Source of the DNA: Proteromonas lacertae
Taxonomy: Eukaryota
DNA: 64,000 bases
Direction: 5' to 3'
Assembly: GCA_002245135.1 (NCBI GenBank)
Contig: NGBS01000314.1
Location: 62,001-126,000 of the forward strand
Position 1 is the stretch's first letter. Each line of letters begins with the position of its first letter. Under the pieces are notes generated by a model, which searched no databases, was not told the DNA's origin, and saw only the letters and a program-made list of their open reading frames with translations. Below are positions 22,255-35,792 of the stretch, one piece after another. A program made the translations under genes and the position numbers.

Positions 22255-24154
22255 TTATATTTTAACCTTTTTATTCTTCATCTTCTTTTCTTTCAATTTA
22301 TCAATCTCTTCCTTCTTCTTATTCAATCCATATGTTATTCTTGAATGTAATCTTCTTGCTTGTTTAGGCATCATTATCTGTTTCAATTGTTTTGTTTCTT
22401 CTTCTAATTCTTGCTGATTTTTCTTTCTTTTTATTGCTTTTTCAACTTGCTTTTCTTTCTTCTTCTTTTCCACTTTCACATTCTCAGATGGTAATTCTTT
22501 TTTATCTTTATTCATCTGTTCATCCTCCAATTCATTGCTAAATTCAATTTCTTCCTCACTTGAACTTTCATCATCAATATTACCAGATTTCTTATTCTCT
22601 ATCTCATTTGTAATTACTTCTTTAACTGATTTTAACTTATCTAATTCCATTCTATAATCAGGAATATATCCTTCTTTAGAATCATCAACAAATGGTGATA
22701 AATGAGGCGGTAAGATTGATCCTTCTACATACTTTTCAATTGGTAATAACATCTTTGAATTAATTGAATCATATACCCATTGTGGTTGAATATATTCTCG
22801 ATTTGGATATTTATTATTTGTTATTGGACGATCTACTATTTGATGAGTAATTGTTAAATCATTCTCTTTAAATGGAGATTTTGGATTTTCATAACCAACT
22901 TCACCATTGAAACACTTTATTATAAATTCTAATGATTTAATTGGAACTTCTCGAGATAAGAAAAATTTCAATCCTTTGAAAAGATTGATTAATAATTCAT
23001 TTTGATTATGCTTTTCAATCAATTGTTTTGCTTCTTCACTGTCTTTAAATTCTTCATCTAATTCAATTACATTATCATCTTCGTCTTTATTCTCATCATC
23101 ATCATCATCATCTTTCTCTTCAATTTCTTTGATTTTTATAAGTAAATTCTTCATTTTTTCATTAACTTTACTGTTATTTACTTCCTTTTCTTTTTCTACA
23201 GATAGTTTTGTAGTTTTATTCTTATTCTCTATTTTAATTGAATCTAAATTAACCCCTGATTTATCTAATTCTTCATCTATTTGTGGTGGATATTTATAAC
23301 CAGAGTCGTTGTATAACTTAAACAATATAAATTGCATTAGAATTGTATAAAACTCTAAGAAAGTCTTCATTACATTGAAATCTACATCACTTGGTATGAA
23401 TGGAGTAAATTCATATGGAACAATCCATGTTATTTTCTCACCTTGTATTTCACTCTGATAATATATGCCTTTTATACTTACAAACACTTTTCTTAGTGTA
23501 TGAGATAAACTACAATATAAATCCCATTCTTTTGATAATCTTTGACACATTAAAATTACTTCTGATTTTACAGCTCTGATACTTGGTAAACGAGAAAAAA
23601 GGAAAATCATTGACAAAGCATCATCCAAATCCTTTAATGCATCAATAAAAGTAGGATATCTTTCTTTTATTAAATGATCTATATCATATTGAGGAATATC
23701 ATCATATAATCTTCTAGCACCATCTACATCCTTTTTAAATGATGATTTTTTAACCTATTAAAATGTATTAGAGTATTTTATTATATACCTTCTTCATAAA
23801 TGTCTTAATTTCTCTGAATTTTTCTAAAATTGGTTCATGTGAGCAATATAGAATATCTTTTACGTGATAATATGTTTTATCATGTCCACTGCTCTTATGC
23901 TTTGGATCTCTTGGGTAAATTCCTTTCAAAATACACAATCGCCTTAAATATAAGAATAATTAAATATACCTAAAGTCCTTTAAACTGATTTGTAATCTTT
24001 TTAAAGCTTGACCTCTTGTAATAAACTGAGATGATGATCCTGTTCTTCCTTTCTGAAGTATTTTACCAAATCTATCTAGCTTTCTTTTACTACCAATGTT
24101 TATTGCTTTTGATTTGACTGATTTCTTCTTCGGTTTGCTTCTTTTATGCTTCAT
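22255..24154 (-). CDS. PES1: Pescadillo/Nop7 ribosome-biogenesis protein; introns 23943-23969 and 23755-23788
   Basis: [26 protein letters not shown] and [14 protein letters not shown] motifs; LPPHLSPFV. Confidence 0.95.
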
Positions 24155-24268
24155 TACTTTTTTGTAATGACAAAAATAGATTCGTTTCACAAATTTCTTT
24201 TTTTTATTTTCTTTCTTTATTATTAAATTCACAACAAAACTTTTATATAAATTAAATTACTATTTAAG

Positions 24269-24976
24269 TTAACAACACAATTTTTCTTTTTTACTTCTTT
24301 TGAATCAATATTAATTGATAATAACTTTGCAATTCTTTGATTCTCTTGAATCTTATTAACACATTCTTTTCCTAAATCATAAAATGCAATTTCTATGTTT
24401 TGACAATTAAATGCAGAAGTTTCATAGAATTTAATTCCATATTGATCAGCCAATTGTTCACCTTCCAAAGTTGTTACAATCTATTGAATGAATATTAATA
24501 GAATATATACTCTATCACTTGAATCTGACTTATTAGCAATTAACATTTTTATAACACTTGCATCTCCATATTTTGAGATATCTTTCATCCATCTATTGAT
24601 ATTATTAAACGATTCTCTATTTGTAACATCATATATCAACATCACACCTTGAGCACCACGAAAATAAGCGACTGTTATTGTTCTAAACCTTTCCTGACCA
24701 GCTGTATCCCATATCTTTTATACATGAAGAATATTAAACACTTACTTGTAATTTAACACGCTTATGATCCATTGTGAGAAACTTAGTTTTAAAATCAATT
24801 CCTATTGTTGTTATAAATGTATCTGAAAACATATTATTTGTATATCGAAGTAGCATAGATGTTTTTCCAACTCCTAATACAATATAAATATGATATTTTT
24901 TACCACTATCACCAATCATCAACAACTTCGTTTGTATATCATATGGATTTTCATTATTAATAAAGTAGTTACTCAT
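24269..24976 (-). CDS. Rab8/Sec4/RabE-like GTPase; introns 24874-24903, 24715-24745, 24481-24510
   Basis: KLLMIGDSGVGKT, FITTIGIDFK, WDTAGQERF, NKSD and ETSA motifs; one extra A at ~24283 gives a KKKLCC* prenylation tail. Confidence 0.9.
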
Positions 24977-25198
24977 ATCTATTCGTTTTCTATAAAATTA
25001 ACCCAATTATCACGAAGATTTGAAATATATATCCTTTATCTTCTTCAATTATTTGATTGTGTGATTTTTATTTAGTATATAATTTATATTTGTTTTATTG
25101 CTATTTCATGTTTTCATTGATGAAATAAATGATATTTTATAAAAATAGAAACTTGGCTTGAGGTTTTGTTTTTGAATTTTTTTATGTCTTAATAACAA

Positions 25199-27227
25199 AT
25201 GAGGGAAATTATAGATAATTTAACATTTAACTCAGATTTTGATTCTGGAAATCTGATGAAAGTTAAAAAAGTATTTAATTCAACAAATTAATGTGAATAG
25301 AATGATAAAGGAGAGTATGAATTATGGATTAATTCTGATGGATGGGAATTTGGGATTATTACAAAGTATAATAGTTATATTTAGTAAATAGTATGTCTTC
25401 TTGGTTTTATTTCAGTGTAACAGGAGGAGAAATTGATCAAGTAATAACACTGAAGGTTGTAAATTTGAATAAGCAATCCCCTTTATACTCAAATGATTAT
25501 CGTGTTATTCAAAAAACAGTTCCTACAGATATTGATTGGAAAAGATCTGGGTATGTCATTTCTATAACATTAATATTATAGTCCTGTAATACACAATAAA
25601 GAAGAAAACACATTTTCAATAAGTTGGAATTATATGTTTGAAAGTTCAACAGTTACTGTGTTTTTTGCATTTTGTTATCCTTATTCTTATGAAACTATTG
25701 TAGCATATATGAATAATTGTGATTTTAGACACTATAGTGGTGATTATTCTTCAATGGATATGTATTATAATCGTGAGTTATTAATATATACACCAGAAAG
25801 GAGGAGAATTGATTTATTAACTGTATTTCATTTATTATTGAGTATATTTATAGATATCTTCAAGTCATGATAAGATTGTAGATCAAGAAGAAATAATTGA
25901 TGATTTATTTCCAGAAGGTATGTCTCATAGACCAATGAGATATCCTGGAAAGCCTGTAGTATTTGTCAGTGCAAGAGTTCATCCAGGAGAAACTCCTGGT
26001 TCATATATGATGGAAGGATTTCTTAATTTTATAATGAGTAAAGATAAAAGAGCAGAGAGATTAAGAAATATATATGTGTTTAATATAGTTCCAGTAATTA
26101 ATCCTGATGGTGTTGCTAGAGGGTATTACAGAACTGATATATATGGTGAAAATTTGAATAGATTCTATGATGAACCAAATTTAGAAAAACAACCAGCAAT
26201 ATATGCAATTAAAAAGTTATTAGAATATCACTCAAATAAAGGTAATTTATATTTATATTTGGATTATCATGCTCATGCATCTAAAAGAGCAATATTCACA
26301 TATGGAAATCATTGTACAACTCTTGAAGAACAAATTGACAATCTTTTATTTATATCTTTTTATAAGAATAGTAATTTATTATAATGAATATTCTTTAATT
26401 TATAATATAACCTTACTTCGTATCACTTAATACTCCTTATTTTGATTTAAATCAATGTGTATTTTCAGTAAAAGGAATGAAATCGAAAGACAAGAAAGAT
26501 AAAGGAAAAACAAAAGAAGGATCTGGAAGAGTGGCTATATATAAATCATTCAATTGTATTCATTGTTATACATTAGAAAGTAATTATAACGATGGATTAA
26601 GAATACATCCAACAACTGTTGCATCAGGAGATGGTTCAGAATGTGCAACTCCACCAAGATTAAATCCACAGTTAGTAAAATATACACCAGCAATATGGAG
26701 AGAGATGGGAAAAGCATCAGCAATAGCTATGTTGGTATAATTAGGATTATTTAATTATTATTATAGGATATAAGAGATGAAAATCCGTGGAGTAGAATTA
26801 ATACAAGTTTTTATGGATCATTATCTGGTCTTCAAGAGCATATTAAGTCAAGATTAAAAAATGATGTAGATTATAGACAATACTTTCCACCTGATCCTCC
26901 AAAAGAAGTATCACCTAAAAGGAGTATGTATTTGATCATTTATATAGTTTAATAGCTGTATTAAAACAAGCAGTTGTTCCAATTGTTTTCCCTCCTCCAA
27001 AAGCTCCAAATACAGGAAGTGGATTACCTCCACCAGCTGTAATAAAATATAGAAATAGAAAACCAGTCAGATCAATCAGTCCCATTGTTGTGCCAAAACA
27101 CAATATCGGAGATGAGGTATTTAGTGGAATTGGAAGGTATAGTCCAGTAGTTTGTGAAAATAAAGATGCAATGAGATATCCAATGAGACCTTCAAGAGTA
27201 AAACATAATAATTCAAAATGTAAATAG
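25199..27227 (+). CDS. AGBL5: Cytosolic carboxypeptidase 5-like tubulin deglutamylase, 7 introns (one AT-AA at 26352-26410)
   Basis: FNSDFDSGNL, WFYF, FAFCYPYSY, SARVHPGETP, NPDGV, NLNR, DYHAH, KEGSGRV and YTLESNY motifs. Confidence 0.85.
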
Positions 27228-27341
27228 GTTTAATTCAATCATTTTGTTAAATATAAAATGTATTCTTAATTCTGTAAATAAACATAATATAATAACTATT
27301 AAAATACATTACAAATACTAATAAAAGAAATATAACAGAAA

Positions 27342-29518
27342 TCACTTTGGCGGTCTAATTAATCATAAAAATATAACAAGTTAAAATACTTTGATATAAT
27401 ATTCAATTGAGGTAATAAATGACCTGTTGTTAAACTAGCATCAAACTGAATCTCAGCCTATATGATAGTTAATTACATAAATCCATACATGTTTTGTATT
27501 TCCTCCTCCAGGTGTCATTGGACTGGCATTACTACCTGTATCTCTAACAAAACTACGTTTTCTACCTCCACTAGGTGTTGGTGCATTTACTGGTGAGACT
27601 AATGCTCTTGAATTTCTGTTGTAACTTTTTATAGTTTTTAATGGAGATGGAGCTAAACTAGCCAATCGTTTATCTATCATTTTACCATTTCCTGAATTAA
27701 TAGAACCAGCAACACCATTAAGAAATGGATGTTTCAATATATGAGTTGCTGATATTCTTTGTCTTTTATCAATACACACCATTCGTGATAATAAATCCTA
27801 ATTGAAATAAATAGATCAAATTATACTAATAAAGCTGGTGAATATCTTTGGAATTCTGGTCTTTGTAATGCATCATTCAATTTCTTTGATCTTCTAATGA
27901 AATATTAATATATATATATTATACGCATCATATGCTGATTGATCTTTTCCTTCAGGTAATCTCATATCATTATCTGGTCCAATAACTAAATCCATTAGAA
28001 TAATACCTAAACTGTAAATATCTACAGTACAACCATCATATGCTTCACCTGCTAAGATCTATTATATATAAAAATATTTAAAGAATATAATACTTCTGGA
28101 GCAATATAACCTGGTGATCCACAATATTGTTTTAGTAATTGTCCTGGTGTTGTTTTTATTGACAAACCAAAATCAGTCAGTTTAGCATTTCCATCATCAT
28201 CAAATAGTATATTCTCACTATTAAAACATATTGGTTATAACTGACTATAATAATTATACGGCTTTAGATCTCTATGAGCAATTGCTCTTGTATGACAATA
28301 ATCAATAGCACTGGCTATTTGAAAAAATATTTTCTTTATCATATCTTCTCTCAACTCACTACCTGCATTACAGAGAAAATGTCTCAAATCTCCACCTCCT
28401 AGATGTTCTAACACAATATAAATGAAGTTCTGTGTATGTTCAACCCCTAATAATCTTACTATATTTTGATGTGTTAATATTGTCATTAATTTAATCTCAG
28501 CTTCAATTGCTTCTAAATCTTCAATATTGTGTAACTTTTCTTTTGATAATTGTTTTATTGCCACTTTCTGTCCAGTTTCCGTATTTCTTCCTAATCTAAC
28601 AGTACCAAAACCTCCTTTTCCTAATACAATATCTAAATCATATATTCCTATATGATCATCAGTTTCCTTCACTTTAGATATTGGAGGAATTGTACTGAAT
28701 TTATATGGTCTTAAATATTTCCATAACAGTGTATCTATTTTCTTTGTTAAATTTATTATTTCATTTTTATAATCATCAATTCCTTGTGGTTTTATTAAAG
28801 CATTTTTATCACAACAACTATCATTACTTGAATCTTGTTGATGTTTTAAAGGTGATGTGTCTGATGATGAAATGTCTGTTGAAGGAGGTATAATATTCAT
28901 ATTATTTCTATTATTGTTGGCATTTGAATGAGCATTTTCATTAGCTGGTTGTGCTTTCATTGAATACATTATCTGCAATAACTATAATAATTGAATATAT
29001 ACGGCTAATCTTGCTAAAAACTGATCTTTAGTGTATGGAGCAATATATACATCAGTTACACCAAAATTTTGACATTCTATAGCTGTTTTAATATTATTAG
29101 GCTCACATAATAACAACACTCTTGGACATTTTAAACTATATTACAATAATATATTGAATTTAGAAAATACGTTTTTTGCAAACGCTGTTTTATTCTAGTA
29201 AACGCTTTCAAAGCATTTGCTGCTATTTTTATATAATATAATAAACAAATACCTGGCATTCCAGCATGTTCTAAATCAATAATAAACACTTCTGCTGTGT
29301 TTCCTGTTGCTAATTTCTGAATACATTCATTTGTACTTCCTTTTGTTACAATTTCAATTCCTTTATCCTATATATTAAAATATAATAGATAAAACTCATA
29401 ATACTAAAACAAACTCACATATTAAATCCACTATTGATGTTTCTGTAGATGCTATTAATAAAGATTTAGGAAATAATGTATTGTCTTCTAAGCTTGGAGG
29501 ACTTGAAGGTGTTTGCAT
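27342..29518 (-). CDS. AMPK/SNF1-like (CAMK group) Ser/Thr kinase with an N-terminal receiver-like domain, 10 introns
   Basis: GKGGFG, VAIK, HRDLKPEN, DFG and CGSPGYIAPE after splicing 29-42-nt GT-AG introns; N-terminal ~120 aa follows a CheY-like pattern. Confidence 0.85.
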
Positions 29519-29797
29519 TTACAATTTATGTATTAAATATCAGATTCTGTAAGAAAAAATATAATAAAATATAACAGAACTATTCTTTTCCGTTTATATC
29601 GTTTAGATAAGAAAGAAAAGAAAGAAGAAAATAATCGTTACAAAATATAATCAAGCTATGCTTGATCAAAATAAATTTAAATCTTTTAATTTAATCATCT
29701 TCTGTATTACTTAATACTCTAAAAAACAAATACTTTAAAATAATTAAAATAACATAAAAAAAAGAAAAGAAAAATAAAGTAAAACAGTAGAGATTAT

Positions 29798-31221
29798 TTA
29801 TCTTAAACACATAGATTTGGTTTTTATAGATTTTCCATTATTACTACTATTTTTACCACTTTTGCTTGAATTGCCAAACACTTTCCAAAATCTCAATGTT
29901 TCATCAACAGAAGATGTGCAAACTGTTTCTCCATCTGGTGATACACACATATTCAATATTCTTCCTGTATGACCTTTTAATTCTTGCATTAAATTCATTG
30001 AAGGGTAATTCCAAAGACTTAATTGATTTTTACTATATCCATGACTGGAGAGTATTTCTTTCTCATATTTATTCCATAACAAACCACTAACTTGAGAACC
30101 AGTGTCAATACTATTCAATAACGAATTATTATTTATATTCCATAGTTTTATTGTTCTATCAGCAGTTCCTCCTCCAGATGCTAAAATATTTCGTTGATAT
30201 GGAGACCAAGCTAATGCTTTCACTGCTGCCGTATGTTCTGTATAAACACTTCTTGGTTCAACATGTTCACCTGTTAATGTTCCATTCCAAATACAAACAG
30301 CATTATCATTTGCGCCAGATGCTAAATATGAACCATCATTTGACCATTTTAATCCACATATCTCTTGTGTATGATGTTCTAAATGAGCAATATCGTGATT
30401 AGCTAACCTTGTATCATGATTAATAATTAAACCATCTCTACTTCCACTTGATAATAAAGCTTCATTCCAATCTAATGCCGAAACACGACTAATATGACCT
30501 GAAAAACTTCTAATACGTTTTTGTTCATTCACATCCCAAATCTGTATTTGATGTGATGATGTACCAAATGATAAATAACTTCCATCTTTTGAAAATGAAA
30601 CAGAGGATATATAATCTTCTAAATTTTGAGTATCAAATAATTCTATTGTATTTCCATTTGTTGCATTATACAGATATATTGATGTTTCAAGTGCAATTGC
30701 TATAATATTTGTACTACTCCATGATAATAGATTTAAGTAATAATCATCTCTGATATTTGGACAATCTAAAGTCTTATCACATGTTGATGGAACTTCTCTT
30801 GTCTTAATTGTAATTGATTCCTTTATTACATTATCAGAATATAACACTCTACTAGATGTTGAAAATACTGCTTGAGATTCAGGAGCCTTTTCTTTGAAGG
30901 CCAAAACACGATGGTCTTGTTGTTCAACATCTAAATTCTTAGCAAGAGTATTTTTAAAAGCTTCTTTCTTTTGACTACTACACATAGATGGTGTTTGTTC
31001 ATTTGACTGTTTTGAAAAATATGTGTTTTCTAAGTTCATTGCACATCTATTTGGTATATAACGATCACTCTATTTTAATGAAATATTAATAATGTTTATA
31101 CACTTGGTGAATCTGTCAACACTTCCTTTTCTAATGCTTTCCTTCTCCATCTTGGTGTTTTACTAGTTTGAGTATATTTACTTAAATCTAATAATTCTTC
31201 TAATTCTAATGACTCTGCCAT
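29798..31221 (-). CDS. CDC20: CDC20/Fizzy APC/C activator; intron 31070-31101; 1-nt indel at ~31173
   Basis: PRWRRK, C-box DRYIPNR, DDYYLNLLSWS, WD40 repeats, GGGTADR, DETLRFW and C-terminal LR. Confidence 0.95.
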
Positions 31222-31386
31222 TGGTGAATATATATGTTTAATCTAAAAGAAGTAATTAAAAAATGAATAAAAAACAAAAATAAAAATACAACTGTCAAAC
31301 TTCTATCAAACTTAAACTGTCATTTCAAAATAGATTTGAAAAACCCAAAATAATCAAAATAAAACAATTACACAATTAAATATTAA

Positions 31387-34119
31387 TTATATACTCTCTC
31401 CTTCATAATTCTCTTCACTTTCTTCATTGATTATTGATTCATCTTCTTCATCCATTTCATTCAACGGTAATTCTTTAAGAAAAGTAGATGGTCCTTCTAT
31501 TACTGTGCTATTTGCTTCAGCAATCAATTGTTGAGGAGAAGGAGTTGCTTTTCTAAGTTTTCTTTTTGGTTGAGCAGTTAAATTTGGGTTTAATGACAAT
31601 AACATTTGTGGTTCTTCAGCATTTTCATCAATTGTTGTTAAATCAGTTGTTGCTCCAGCTAATTCTGGTGGTAATGTTGGTTCTGCCTACAGTATCAGCA
31701 ACTTCATCTCTCTCTTCATCATCTTCTTCAAAATTGTCATACTCTTCATCATCTTCATCTATTTGTTCATCAATGTCATTCTTCTTTTTAGTTTTCTCTT
31801 CATCTTTTTTCTTATTTGCATCACTATTACCTATTATCATCATCTTCACTACTTTTATTTCTATTATCTCCATTATCTTCATCACTTTTATCATCTTCAG
31901 AATTTTCCAAATAATCACTATCTGAATCATCTTCTGGTGGTTTCATTCCACCTTCCATATTTTCATCATCATCATCATCATCGTCTTTCTTTTCATTATT
32001 TTCTATATCATCTTTCTTTGCTTTTGATTTTTTTGTTTTTTTACCTTTTTTAGATTTCTTTTTCTTCTTTTCTTCTGAACTGCTTGATCCTTCTTCCTCA
32101 TCTTCGTCATCTTCATCATCATCATCTTCTTCTTCTTCACCTTCTTCATCATCTTCTTCAGATGAATTTTCAATATCTTCATCATCATTAGGCTTCATCT
32201 TATTTTCTTCTTTTTCTTTATTCTCTTCTGGTTGGATATTCAAACTTGGTACTATTTGACTATGATTATCCTTACTCTCATCCTTTGTAGCAAACGATTC
32301 ATCATCAAAATCAAGTTCTGAATCATTCTCATCTTCTAAACCATCTTTCTCTTCAATTTCTAATTTTGGTTTTTCATTTGACTCTTCTTTATCAGTTTGC
32401 ATATATCTTCTTGGAGTTGCTTTTACTTCATGATCAGCAGATGGTTCAATACTTTCTACAGTAGCAACATGTGTTAATGATAATAATGATCCAATATGTG
32501 AAGATACTCTTCTTAACGATCTAGATTCTGGAGATATTGGATTTGTATCTTTAGACAAGAATGGATGATTGGATAATTCATCTAATGTCATTCTATTCTC
32601 TATTTCCATATTCAATAATCCTTTCAATATTTCAACTGCTTCATCACTTATACTTGAAGGTAATTTAACTAAATTCCAACTAATAGCTTCATCATTATTT
32701 GCTGTTTCTATTACTTTAATATTCATTTTATATGAACCTGGATTATACAATTCTAACATTATACATCCTACACTGAATAAATCACTACTACAATTTGAAT
32801 AAGACAAATTATTGATTATTTCTGGAGCTGTATATGTTGATGTTGGAGTTTTTAATGGAAAAGAATCTTTTTGAGTATTAACAGCATTATGAAATACACC
32901 AATTTTTAATTCACTTGACAAGAAGTATAATTGTTTTGGAGAAATATCTCTAATCACATAATTCTCTTTGTGAAACTTCGATAATTCTTTAATCATCTCT
33001 TTTAAAAACCATCTAATTTCATCTTCATTAAACTCTTCTTCTTCACTGCTTCTGTAAGCTATTTCTTCATACAGTGATTTTGTATTCATCTTATCAAAAG
33101 ATAAATGTAGTAAAGGATTATTGATATTTTCATCATCTGTATCTGTTGGTATTTCATCATCAATACTACTCTCTAATGAATCATCTAAATTTCTCATATT
33201 ATTATTGTCATTATTATCTAAACTAGGTGATAAATCATTGTTAAGATTATTATCATTATTGTATTTTCTATCATTATTACTATTATTGTCATTATAAATA
33301 TTCTTCAATTCTCCATCTCTCAAAAATGAATGAGAAATAACATTATCAAGAGATATTCTTTGTTCCATATTCTTCTCCAACATAATTTTTATTAATGCTA
33401 ATAAATCTGATGATATATCAGAAGGTAAAGTAATATCATCCCAATTAATATCACTCTTATTTGATTCTTTAATCTTACTGATATTACTTTGAAATTCTTT
33501 TGGACTAACTAATTCCAGTAATAAACATCCTAAACTAAATATATCAGATTTATAATCTGCTGATGATGGATCTTTATTTACTTCTGGTGATGAATAATTA
33601 GTATTACCATGATATTCACATTCTGTTTTATCTCTCAAACATAAAATATTGGAAAAATCACCTAATACCACATGATTTGGTGTAATAAAAATATTCTTAG
33701 GACAAATATCTCTATGAACATATTTATTATCATGTATATCCTTCAGTCCTTTACTTACCTCAGTTAAAATATATCTAATTTCATCTTCAATAAATGGATT
33801 TGATTGCCTACTTTCTATTTCACTCTGTAAATTCTTTTCACAATATTGTAATACAATGTATAAATTTTCATATTCTTTAATTAATTGAATATATTGAACC
33901 AAGTTTGTATTTCTACATACACCTAATAATCGCAATTCTGGGTATTTAAATATTTTGAAAAATTTCTTTTTCTGTAATTTTTCTTCTTTAATCACAACAA
34001 TCTATTTCAATTACATTAACAAAGGTAAATAATACTTGATCAGTATCTTTGGCTCTTGCTTTCCAAAATGAACCACTTTTACCAGTTGCAATCTTCTCTA
34101 TTCTTTCGTAATTTTCCAT
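31387..34119 (-). CDS. Divergent tandem kinase/pseudokinase (NEK-like) with long acidic tail; intron 34002-34035; two 1-nt indels (~31833, ~31687)
   Basis: Domain 1 has HRDICPKN, GDFS and YSSPE; domain 2 has IRDISPKQ, GVFH and YTAPE. Confidence 0.75.
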
Positions 34120-34286
34120 TTAAAATATTATAAAACGATAATGGTGTGTGAAAAATTATTTTCAATAACCAAAAATAGTATCTACGTTTCTACCTTTAAA
34201 AAAATCTTCTTATCAACTCAATATACACATTTACATGATATTTTAAAGGCTATCTTAAAAATAACATAAAATTTATTTTTTCAGAC

Positions 34287-35622
34287 ATGAATTTAAAGTA
34301 TTATTTATTAATTTTTACATTTGTTTAGTATATCGCAAAGAAATTCAAACCATCCAGCTCCATTATTTCCTATCCCGAGAAGAAGCTACAGAGACTCTTC
34401 AAAAAGTGATGGACATCTCTTAGAGAATACTTTACCTTCCTATCCTTCCAGAGCCGATTCTATACATTTTGAAAAATCCGGAAATCCTGATGTATCACAA
34501 CCAGCCCCTTTAAAGAACAAAAAACTTGAGGAATTAATACATAAGTCAAATATACCTCCTAATTCACCTATATCATCTGTAAAATCTTCTCACAATTGTG
34601 CACAGCCATTGATTTCAAATATCCCAGAATATTCACTTCCGAAACAAATTTCCTCAAATGCGCTTCCTTTACCTAAATCAAATTCTTCATCTAGTCAAAA
34701 CTCTTTATTATCGTCAATGTCTTCAATGAGTTCACCAAGTCAACGTCCAAAACGTAGACCAAGTGTAGTTAATCATTTAGAATTAGAATATCAATTATTA
34801 CCAGATAAAGTAGGTGAAGGTGCTTTTGGTACTGTATGTAGAGGAAGATCTTTATCAACAAATCAAACATTAGCTATTAAATGCGTTAAAAAGTCAATAT
34901 TAAGAACAGGTGAATTAAAAGAATCAATAGAAAATGAAGCGATGATTCATCTTAATTTGAATCATCCTAGAATTGTTCATTTGTATGATGTATGTGATAC
35001 AGACGATGGATATTATTTTATAATGGATGAAGTGAAAGGATATACATTGAATGATCGTCTAAATTGTACATGTGATTATCCAATATCCGAAGAAGAAGCT
35101 TGTCATTATACATATGAAATATTACAAGGACTTGAGTATTTACATACTCGTAATATAATACATTGTGATTTAAAACCTGAGAATATATTACTAGAAGATA
35201 GAGGAGCAAAAGCACCCAATGATTTCATTCATTATGATGTGAAATTATGTGATTTTGGTTTGAGTAAAGAAATTCCAGAATCACCAATAAAAGATAAGAA
35301 TATTTATATACAATTAGCATCAACACAAGGTACAATGGGTTATATGGCTCCAGAGATGTTTATGCAAAAGAGAGGAACAACATCGTCTGATATATGGAGT
35401 GTTGGTATTTTGTTATTTAAAATGTTATTTGATTATGATCCATTTTATCCATACAGTTCCTGTGCAACTACTGATTTAGAATATGATGAATATGCATGTG
35501 GTAATGTCAGTCCTCAAGCAAAAGCAGTAGTTGATCATATGTTGGTCAGAGAACCATTTGGTCGATCATCTGCTAAAGAATTGCTGAAAATGAAATGGTT
35601 TGATAAAGAAAGAGAAAGATAG
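34287..35622 (+). CDS. CAMK-group Ser/Thr protein kinase; intron 34298-34328
   Basis: GEGAFG, AIK, HCDLKPEN, DFG and GTMGYMAPE motifs; Ser/Pro-rich N-terminus. Confidence 0.9.
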
Positions 35623-35792
35623 ATATATTCATTTTCTCGCATCTTTTTTTTTCAATTATAAATACTAGTTAATATAGAAATAATCAATGTTTATATCATA
35701 TACACTTACAACTAATATTTTATATTTATTCATACATTTTTTATTTGTTTTTTAATTTATTAACAAATACAAAACATTAACATATAAGAATA

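Noticed and set aside
24229..24300. Stop codons created by polyadenylation (Blastocystis-type) at the Rab and other 3' ends
   Set aside because: Every gene model has an encoded stop. The Rab tail is explained by one missing A (KKKLCC*), and I found no clean TGTTTGTT motif at the expected spacing
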